The notes under the pieces are model-generated. The model was not told where the DNA came from, searched no databases, and was given only the letters and a program-made list of their open reading frames with translations. Made by a program: the position numbers and the translations under genes. Of a DNA stretch of 64,000 nucleotides, positions 47,511 through 55,044 are shown in pieces. This DNA is from an uncultured Bacteroidota bacterium (GTDB lineage Bacteria; Bacteroidota; Ignavibacteria; Kryptoniales; JAKASW01), in NCBI GenBank assembly GCA_963704305.1, contig OY969888.1, positions 3,875,010 to 3,939,009 of the forward strand, given 5' to 3'. Each line of letters opens with the position of its first letter. Positions within the stretch are counted from its first letter, which is position 1.

Positions 47511-47744
47511 TTACCCAGCAGACGCTTTCTTGAATGGCCAATATCTAATGCAATATACCAGCCCTAAGATCAGGAGTATCGCCCCCCACCACAAATCGGG
47601 ATGCAACTCACTCAACGCGATTTGTCTTACAGTAGAATTGAACAAATAATATATTCCCGCTCCGATGATTAGCACTCCGTATGCAAACAACAATGCCCCG
47701 ATGAAGAACCATATTTCAATGCGTTCAGTCCTTTCCATGATCAC
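47511..47744 (-). CDS. small two-helix membrane protein downstream of the symporter
   Basis: 77 aa with two hydrophobic helices. Its start lies 3 nt after the symporter stop. Confidence 0.5.
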   Translation of the reverse strand: MIMERTERIEIWFFIGALLFAYGVLIIGAGIYYLFNSTVRQIALSELHPDLWWGAILLILGLVYCIRYWPFKKASAG

Positions 47745-47747
47745 CTC

Positions 47748-49586
47748 TCACCAGAATACAATGTTAACGGCAATAAGCACGACCAGCACGACTGCCGCCC
47801 AAAATTTCGGATGTTTGTACCACGGACAGGGTCCTTCATTCGGAATGCGGGTGAGCCCATAAACTAAGTCCTTCAGTTCCTCGTCAGATTTCGGCTTTGT
47901 AAATACGCTGACTAGAACTGTAACACCCATGCAAACTAGGAGTGACCAAAGTGCGCTATACATGTTCACCGCCATGTCTTTTGCCAGCGGTGAGGTAGCG
48001 ATGTACTGTACGTGCGCAGGGTTGAGCTGAGTCGGATCGAAATAGCCGGGAAAGACATGCACATAAATAAATTCGCCGACCGAGGTTAAGATCCCGGCAA
48101 GGAATCCCCAGAAACCTGCCGCAGGCGTCGCACGCTTCCACAACATCCCGAGTATCACGACCCCGAACAGCGGAATGATAAAGAACATGACGAGGACCTG
48201 AAGATAAATCAGAATGTTGCTAAACAATTTTGCGCCATAAGCTGTCATGATTGCGATGAAGACACCGATGATTGAACACCAGCGCCCCATTTTGACATAA
48301 TGTGCATCGCTTGCATTCTTGTTGATGAGAGGACGGTACACGTCATACGTCCACACAGTTGCAAATGCGCTAACATTTCCCGCCATGCCGGACATGAATC
48401 CTGCAATCATTCCGGTGATTCCCAACCCGAGAAGTCCGGGACTCAGGTAGCGTGCCATCATCAGAGGAAGCACTTCGTTGTAACTATGACCCCCTGTTGC
48501 TTGGGCAACGCTCTCCGGCACCAAAGTGATTCCAGATTTCTGCGTCAACACAGCTAATCCTAACAATCCGGGAACCGTTACGATAAGGGGAACCATCATC
48601 TTCAAGGCAGCCCCGATGAGTGTTCCATTTTGCGCTGTCCTCAGACTCTTCGCGGCCATGACACGCTGCACCTGTAGAAAATCCGTGCACCAGTAGCCGA
48701 ACGCGACTGCAAGTCCCAAACCGAATACCATCCCTGTCCAGTGCATTCCCATTGGGTTATTTGCTGGCGAGCCGAGATTAGCCCAGAGACTCGTAAAGTT
48801 CTCGCCCGGATGCTGGGCATTGATCGACGCGATCATTTTGCTCCAACCACCCGCCTCGATGATACCTAGGATTGGAATGAGCAGTGTGCCTAACCAAATC
48901 AGGAAGAACTGCATTACTTCGTTAAACACCGCTGAAAGCAATCCACCCAGCGCCACATAGACTGCAACAGTGATTGAAGAAATCCATATGCACAGGTCGA
49001 AATTCCATCCAAGAAGCATCTGCATGACCTTTGCCATCGCAAACATGTTCACACCGCAGACGAGGACAGTCATCAAAGTGAACGAGATACCTGCGAGAGA
49101 TCGGCTCGCTTCTCCGTAACGCAGTTTCAGATAGCCCGGCACCGAATGTGTCTTAGAGATATAATAGAATGGCATCATCACAACCGCGAGGAATAGGATT
49201 GCCGGAATAGCACCAATTAGATATGCATGTGCACCAAGCATTCCATACTGGTACGCCATCGCCGACCAGCCCATAGTTTCTAGCGAACTGAGGTTTGCCG
49301 AGATGAAGCTTAGACCGGCAATCCAGGCGGTCATTTTCCGACCAGCCATAAAGAACTCTTCGCCGGTGGCTGTGTATTTCTTGAGATAAAAACCGATCCC
49401 CAATACCACAACGAAATAAAGAAGGATGATGGTTAGGTCGACCGGCGTCAGTGAAAGGAGGTGGGATGAAATACCGGCGCGTGATTCTGCAAATGCAGGC
49501 TGCGCAAGGAATGAAAGCAATAGCGAGGCGATTGCCAGAGGTTTCAAAAGTCCCAGGTTTGTTTCCTTTGTTCCGTTCAAATTCAC
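47748..49586 (-). CDS. sodium:solute symporter family transporter (SGLT-like), candidate deoxyhexose importer
   Basis: 612 aa with about 14 hydrophobic helices and SSS-type motifs (GRKMTAWIAGLSFISANLSS). Lies directly upstream of the deoR-BMC operon on the same strand. Confidence 0.85.
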   Translation of the reverse strand: MNLNGTKETNLGLLKPLAIASLLLSFLAQPAFAESRAGISSHLLSLTPVDLTIILLYFVVVLGIGFYLKKYTATGEEFFMAGRKMTAWIAGLSFISANLSSLETMGWSAMAYQYGMLGAHAYLIGAIPAILFLAVVMMPFYYISKTHSVPGYLKLRYGEASRSLAGISFTLMTVLVCGVNMFAMAKVMQMLLGWNFDLCIWISSITVAVYVALGGLLSAVFNEVMQFFLIWLGTLLIPILGIIEAGGWSKMIASINAQHPGENFTSLWANLGSPANNPMGMHWTGMVFGLGLAVAFGYWCTDFLQVQRVMAAKSLRTAQNGTLIGAALKMMVPLIVTVPGLLGLAVLTQKSGITLVPESVAQATGGHSYNEVLPLMMARYLSPGLLGLGITGMIAGFMSGMAGNVSAFATVWTYDVYRPLINKNASDAHYVKMGRWCSIIGVFIAIMTAYGAKLFSNILIYLQVLVMFFIIPLFGVVILGMLWKRATPAAGFWGFLAGILTSVGEFIYVHVFPGYFDPTQLNPAHVQYIATSPLAKDMAVNMYSALWSLLVCMGVTVLVSVFTKPKSDEELKDLVYGLTRIPNEGPCPWYKHPKFWAAVVLVVLIAVNIVFW

Positions 49587-49705
49587 TGGTGTTCTACATG
49601 CCGATTTAGAAGTTAACCACCTTCCCCTTTTCCTTCCAACACTTTTGCGAGAAGAATTTCTTAGGATATTCGGGCATGATCAATCGGACCATTTACGACA
49701 TTGAG

Positions 49706-50389
49706 TTAACCTGACTCTGTCATCTTCGAGCTCTTCAAAAGCCATGTGCCGGCTGCGACTGCATTGACGGCAGAGAACACAACATCCGAAAGCCAGTGTG
49801 CATCGTAATATATTCTGGATAGCGATGTGAGCACGGCGATGACAATCCAGACCGATTTCCACAAAACGTTTTTTGAATAGCCCGCCATGATGATCGAGAG
49901 AGAGAAGACGACGGCCACGTCTCCCGATGGAAAAGAAAGATGCGCGTTGGGAGTAGTTATAAAAGGTGAGAACATTAGATGTCCGTGCCAGGCGTTTGGT
50001 CTCCACCTCCCAACAACCGATTTCAACGAAATCGTGATCAAGCCTGAATAAAGATACGATTGGACGATCATCAAGCCTTCCACTCTCGCCTTTTGTGAAT
50101 TCGAAATAAGTCCGACAACATAAAATCCCAGGAACAGATACAACGTGATAAATCCGGTGCCGAATATGTGCACGACACGGCACACTTCATCGTCAGCGGG
50201 AGCATGGATCGCAAAAAAAAGATAACGAACTGTCTCATCAAAATATGCTGCCACGACCAAAAGCAGAATGAAACCTGAGAACAGCAACCATTGCCGCCTT
50301 TTCCAGTGGAGCGGAAGTGAATAATACCTTCCCCACTCGACAAAGAGTTTCTTCAGATCTGCGAGTAGATATTCCTGAGATCGGCGCAT
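49706..50389 (-). CDS. PAP2-family lipid phosphatase
   Basis: Motifs KSVVGRWRP, SFPSGD and SRIYYDAHWLSDV. Confidence 0.8.
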   Translation of the reverse strand: MRRSQEYLLADLKKLFVEWGRYYSLPLHWKRRQWLLFSGFILLLVVAAYFDETVRYLFFAIHAPADDEVCRVVHIFGTGFITLYLFLGFYVVGLISNSQKARVEGLMIVQSYLYSGLITISLKSVVGRWRPNAWHGHLMFSPFITTPNAHLSFPSGDVAVVFSLSIIMAGYSKNVLWKSVWIVIAVLTSLSRIYYDAHWLSDVVFSAVNAVAAGTWLLKSSKMTESG

Positions 50390-50431
50390 TTGTCTACGAA
50401 AAAAAATCCAAGCTCTCGTTCATGATGCCGG

Positions 50432-50974
50432 CTAAAATAGAAATGGAACAAACATTTTCGTCTTCTTCATATAGTCAACATAACGAGCTTCAAACTTACT
50501 TATGTTAACAACCTCCTCAGCTCTTGCCGTTGCCACAAATGATACGACCGCGCCGACTATCAACATCGCACCAAAGAGGGATGGCAATTTGAAGAAAGCT
50601 CCAAAGGCCAGAAAAAGCAATGAGGAATAAAGCGGATGACGGATGTACCTATACACTCCGGTCTTCACAAGTCGTGCAGTCTCTTTAGTGTCAGCGTTTA
50701 GCTTGCCCGCGAACCTTAATGAGTAGAGGCCGCATGAGACCAAATAGACTGACGCAGCGAGAAGAATCCAAGAAAGGATCTGAGTCGGCGAAGATGGATT
50801 CTTGAACCAAGAGGGGGCGCTGGAGATGAGAAGAAGCAGGACGAATTCCAATCCGAAAAATCTATAGTAGCCATAACTGTAGCGGTCGCGTAACGAGTTT
50901 CTTGACAGGATAGCAATTGCGGCGGATGCCAAAAGGAATACTAAGAGATCGACGGACATTCTTCCATGACACAA
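50432..50974 (-). CDS. membrane methyltransferase, ICMT/PEMT family (second paralog in the window)
   Basis: 180 aa, hydrophobic, with VKTGVYRYIRHPLYSSLLFLAFG. Confidence 0.7.
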   Translation of the reverse strand: MCHGRMSVDLLVFLLASAAIAILSRNSLRDRYSYGYYRFFGLEFVLLLLISSAPSWFKNPSSPTQILSWILLAASVYLVSCGLYSLRFAGKLNADTKETARLVKTGVYRYIRHPLYSSLLFLAFGAFFKLPSLFGAMLIVGAVVSFVATARAEEVVNISKFEARYVDYMKKTKMFVPFLF

Positions 50975-51097
50975 TAAATGTCCTTAAATGTAAGATGCGA
51001 GAATACAGAAACAAATAGGAGGACGAGACCGTCCTCCTGTAGATGAAAAGCGATAATCAAGTGCCGGCCGTCTGCAGCGGCACAAATAAAACCGGGT

Positions 51098-52003
51098 TCA
51101 GTAAGTCCTGACCTTGATGGAAGATACGCCGGCTTCAACCGTTATGAGAATCTTCTTCTTTGAACTTTCGAAGTTCGACGTGCGGTAAGTGCTATCATCT
51201 AACTTCGAAAAGTTGGGAAACGACTTGCTCGAAAGTTGCGCATTATCCTCTATCTCACAGCCAGATGATGATGGAACATAGATTGTGATAGTGGATGCAC
51301 CGGCATTGATATTCAGGTGCGAAGTATCGGCCTTGTCGCCAAGTTTCACTTTTATGGAGGAAGCTCCGGCTTTCAGTCGGGCAGTGCGAACTATGTAAGG
51401 GGTCAAATCGAAATCGACCGAACACGCGCCAACGTCCATGCTTAATTCCCAGTCCGGCTTCGTATTCAATTTCATTTCAACATCATTCTTTGTATTGCCG
51501 AAGTGCCAATGATTTTCGCTGCCTTCAAATGAAAGATCCAGATTCTCGCTCGAACCATCTTTGTCAGCGTTCAAAGAATACGTTCCGACGTTTGATTCTG
51601 TGTGGGCATAGAAAAGATCTGAAGTTGAATCGGATAAAGAAAACGATCCAGCCCCGGCATTCAGTGACAACCTCGCGTGACGGATGTCTTTGTCCATGTC
51701 TTGAGAGAGTTCCTGAAGGTGTGCCGGCCGACCATCACGATGAAAAATGTTATGGAAATTTCCCCAACCAACAGAAGCGACCGAGAAAATCCACAACAGG
51801 ACCAACAGTGAAGTAATTGCGAATAGAACAGTCTTTAGCTTTGAATCAGAAACAAGCACTGATATCCCGGCAAAGACCAGAAGTATGGGCCAGAGCCTGA
51901 ACATAAAATGCCAGTTAAGTTCCAGTACATCGAAGTTCGATAAGAACAAGGCGATGCCAAGGATGACTATCAGCAGTCCTGCAAACAGTCTACTGACCTT
52001 CAT
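51098..52003 (-). CDS. LiaF-like membrane protein (N-terminal TM helices plus beta-rich C-terminal domain)
   Basis: N-terminal LFAGLLIVILGIALFLSNF...WPILLVFAGISVLV. The C-terminal half is repetitive beta-strand-like. Overlaps the pspC-domain gene stop. Confidence 0.55.
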   Translation of the reverse strand: MKVSRLFAGLLIVILGIALFLSNFDVLELNWHFMFRLWPILLVFAGISVLVSDSKLKTVLFAITSLLVLLWIFSVASVGWGNFHNIFHRDGRPAHLQELSQDMDKDIRHARLSLNAGAGSFSLSDSTSDLFYAHTESNVGTYSLNADKDGSSENLDLSFEGSENHWHFGNTKNDVEMKLNTKPDWELSMDVGACSVDFDLTPYIVRTARLKAGASSIKVKLGDKADTSHLNINAGASTITIYVPSSSGCEIEDNAQLSSKSFPNFSKLDDSTYRTSNFESSKKKILITVEAGVSSIKVRTY

Positions 52004-52448
52004 GACTTCTCTCCTTTTCTTCTTCTCTCCTGATCGAGTTCAGGATGAGTCCGGCGCCAATGGCCACGAGGATCAAAGGCCAGGTGTCGGAGAAACTGAA
52101 GTGAGGCAGATAATTATCAGCGAGGAAGAGGCCTCCGAGAACTATCAAGATCACGCCTCCCAGGACGCTCCCGCGTCTTTTTTGATACCTGTGTTCGAAG
52201 TTTTGATTTTTCTCTTGCATATCAGCAGCTCCTTCCTTTGTAGACGTAATCGGCTCAGTCAGAAAATGCTCTTTCGGTATGACAACCCATAGAATAATGT
52301 AGGCCAGCAAACCTGCAGCTCCTGCGAGGGTAGCCACCACGAAGACAACCCTGACAAAAACGGGATCGATATCGAAGTACTCGCCCAGTCCGCCAGCCAC
52401 CCCAGCAATGATCCGGTTCTTTCTAGATCGATAAAGTCTGCGTTCCAT
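51990..52448 (-). CDS. PspC-domain membrane protein
   Basis: LYRSRKNRIIAGVAGGLGEYFDIDPVFVRVVFVV is the PspC domain signature. Confidence 0.85.
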   Translation of the reverse strand: MERRLYRSRKNRIIAGVAGGLGEYFDIDPVFVRVVFVVATLAGAAGLLAYIILWVVIPKEHFLTEPITSTKEGAADMQEKNQNFEHRYQKRRGSVLGGVILIVLGGLFLADNYLPHFSFSDTWPLILVAIGAGLILNSIRREEEKERSHEGQ

Positions 52449-52550
52449 TTTCGTACTCCTTTCGAAATAGGCTACGACGGAAGCTCTAAAAAGTTACTCT
52501 ATTACGAAACTCTGGGCCACTGACTGGATCATGGTACAGCTCCCTGAAAT

Positions 52551-52589
52551 AAAAAAACCGACATCGCACATGAGCATGTACGATGTCGG
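52551..52589 (-). terminator. Rho-independent terminator of cspA
   Basis: Minus strand reads CCGACATCG, 14-nt loop, CGATGTCGG, then TTTTTTT, about 20 nt after the cspA stop. Confidence 0.75.
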
Positions 52590-52607
52590 CCCAAAGCTTT
52601 GGCGGCT

Positions 52608-52808
52608 TTAGATCTTCTTTACTTTGGCCGCTTGCAACCCTTTGGGGCCCTGTTCAACTTCGAACTGGACTTTGTCGCCCTCTTTCAAAGTCTTATAGCC
52701 TTCACCGACGATAGCTTTGAAATGAACGAATACGTCGTCTCCGCCTTCGCGAGAGATGAAGCCGTATCCCTTGGTTGCGTTGAACCACTTAACGGTTCCT
52801 TGCTCCAT
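52608..52808 (-). CDS. cspA: cold-shock protein (CspA family)
   Basis: [18 protein letters not shown]...DVFVHF contains the RNP1 and RNP2 motifs. Confidence 0.95.
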   Translation of the reverse strand: MEQGTVKWFNATKGYGFISREGGDDVFVHFKAIVGEGYKTLKEGDKVQFEVEQGPKGLQAAKVKKI

Positions 52809-53421
52809 TGCTGGATCCTTTCAATAATGTTACTGAATATGTACCCGAGCCGTCGCGCCAGATGTTCTTGGCTTATACAGAATTGTCCCGATCTCTATCG
52901 GGATCCCGGCCGGTGGCCGGGACTGGCAAATCCGGACAAACGTCCGGAGATGACCTCTGCATATGATGCTACGCCTCGTGTAAAATCCGCAGCAACGGAG
53001 CCCACACATCTGCGTGTCGAAACACATCGATGAGCAGACACACGGGGAATTACATCTGCAGCTACAACCTATAAAAGCATGACTCCTGTTTCGACTCGCT
53101 ACAAGCGGGATCGAAACTGAATCACCTCTGCCGCCGAGTTGTCAACTAAATGCGGCTTGACGCCAGGGGCGCCACTTGGCGCAAACAGCCGAACAGAACT
53201 CACTTCCTGTGATGTTCGGCTTCCCGAACTTCCTGTTCGGGAAACGGTGTACTGTTATTTGCGCGTATATGATAGCCTTTCGAGAATTCAAATGCAAATG
53301 CTAAGTGATGAAATCATAAAGTGTTCCATTTGACCTCTCGGATACGAGCCGGGAATCATCTTACGCAACCGGAATGACGAAAGTAATCGAGGAGGTGAGT
53401 TTGGAAGCGTTAAGCGTTCAG

Positions 53422-55044
53422 TTACCTGCTTATTGATTCTTGTCCGAAATCTCTGAATTTGCCCGCGAGGTGACCCTCCAATTCCTCAAGCGTGAATGGT
53501 TTATGAAGAATTCCCATGCCTCCCTGACTGAGAATCTCCTGCACTTTTCCCTCGGCGCTATATCCGGTCGCAACCAGAATCGGGAGATCAGGTTTCAGTT
53601 TATGGATCTCAAAGAAAGTCTGATTCCCGTCCATGCCGGGCATTATCATGTCCAAGATGACTACATCGATTCTTTGATTCTGTTCGATGGCTCTTAGTGC
53701 CCGTTCCCCGTTTTCAACTGCGACGACATCAAAACCGAGAATTCTCAAAAACTCCGTGAGCAATTCTCTCACTTGAAGTTCATCGTCAACTACGAGACAC
53801 ACTTTGCCTTCGACAATTTTTCTGAACTCTCCGGTTTCCCGCTGATAATCTTCCGGTGCTTTTTCTAATGACGAAGGCAGATAGACTTCGAAAGTTGTTC
53901 CATTTCCAACGTCGCTGTAGACGGCAACATCGCCGCCATGGTTCTTCACGATTCCGTACACCACGGAAAGTCCGAGGCCGGTACCTTCCCCTTTCGGCTT
54001 GGTAGTGAAGAACGGCTCAAAGATGCGAGACAGGTTCTCTTTCGGAATTCCATGGCCGGTATCGGAGACTTCCACAACGACATAGTCTTTCCGGTCAAGA
54101 CTGAGGTTGAGCTGTGCGACGTTCTTGGCCAGCTGGAATCGAGTTGAGATTTTCAACTTGCCTCCATTGCGCATCGCATCTCGTGCATTGACCACAAGGT
54201 TCATTATCACTTGTGAGAGCTGCGATTCGTCTCCTTCCACTGGTGGGAGATCGCTATCGAGATTCAGCGATACCTCAACATTCTTCTCAATCATTTTTTT
54301 CGTCATCTCTGCCGTTTCAACACAAATGCTGTTGAGGTCGACGTTTTTCACCAACGTCTTCCCGGCCCGCGCGAATCCTAGGAGCTGCTTCGTTAGTTCG
54401 GCAGCCCGCCTTGCGGACTTCTCCACCGTCGACGCATAACTCGACAGCTTTTCATTCTGTTTCAATTCAAGCCTAAGGAGGCTCGCATATCCAAGCATGA
54501 CTCCCAACATGTTGTTGAAGTCATGTGCAACTCCACCAGCAAGAGTGCCTAGGCTTTCCATCTTCTGAGATTGTCTCAACTGTTCTTCAAGTTGACGCGT
54601 CTCGATCATCTTCATTTCGCGATCGTATTCCGAAGCAAGTCTCTGACGAATGATCCGCAATATGCTAGTCTGTGAACGGCTGATACTCTGCGCTCTCTTG
54701 CTGCCGAGCAAAATCACCCCCACGCGCTTCTTCGCGACTTCAATTTCAGAGGGATAAAAAAACTTCCAGGAATCAACACTCCTCCCGCTTTCTCCATAGA
54801 TCCCGGCAGAAGCAGGCAGAAATCTGCTGAGGAAAACGATGCCACTGCTGTCGTTAGCGAGTAGCTCAGTGATCCGTTCAACTTTTGCGGTATGTATAAC
54901 GACTTCGCCGGCCTTGACAACGTAAGCAGCACTTGAATCCTCCCGCTCATCGTAGTCTCCTATGTACACAAACTCGGCGTTAAAGACGTTCTGAAAGGAG
55001 CGAGGCATAATCTTCAAACAGCTCTCCACCCGATCGCTTGACAC
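53422..55044 (-). CDS. hybrid sensor histidine kinase / response regulator (GAF-like remnant, HisKA, HATPase_c, REC)
   Basis: H-box GGVAHDFNNML, N-box NLVVNARDAM, DTGHGI, GTGLGLS. The C-terminal REC domain has VVDDE...ILDMIMPGMDG...KPF. The start is uncertain (see findings). Confidence 0.85.
   Translation of the reverse strand: MSSDRVESCLKIMPRSFQNVFNAEFVYIGDYDEREDSSAAYVVKAGEVVIHTAKVERITELLANDSSGIVFLSRFLPASAGIYGESGRSVDSWKFFYPSEIEVAKKRVGVILLGSKRAQSISRSQTSILRIIRQRLASEYDREMKMIETRQLEEQLRQSQKMESLGTLAGGVAHDFNNMLGVMLGYASLLRLELKQNEKLSSYASTVEKSARRAAELTKQLLGFARAGKTLVKNVDLNSICVETAEMTKKMIEKNVEVSLNLDSDLPPVEGDESQLSQVIMNLVVNARDAMRNGGKLKISTRFQLAKNVAQLNLSLDRKDYVVVEVSDTGHGIPKENLSRIFEPFFTTKPKGEGTGLGLSVVYGIVKNHGGDVAVYSDVGNGTTFEVYLPSSLEKAPEDYQRETGEFRKIVEGKVCLVVDDELQVRELLTEFLRILGFDVVAVENGERALRAIEQNQRIDVVILDMIMPGMDGNQTFFEIHKLKPDLPILVATGYSAEGKVQEILSQGGMGILHKPFTLEELEGHLAGKFRDFGQESISR

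Noticed and set aside
53139-53333. 64-aa plus-strand ORF in the cspA-kinase intergenic region
   Set aside because: It has a TTG start with no Shine-Dalgarno, an odd composition, and overlaps strong hairpins.
52830-53340. Possible RNase P RNA, tmRNA, SRP RNA or 6S RNA in the structured cspA-upstream region
   Set aside because: I looked on both strands for GGAAAGUCCGG-type RNase P motifs, a tRNA-like CUCCACCA 3' end with a GGGG 5' end (tmRNA), and the GGAAGCAGCC SRP motif. None was found. The region is kept as an unassigned structured region in the findings.
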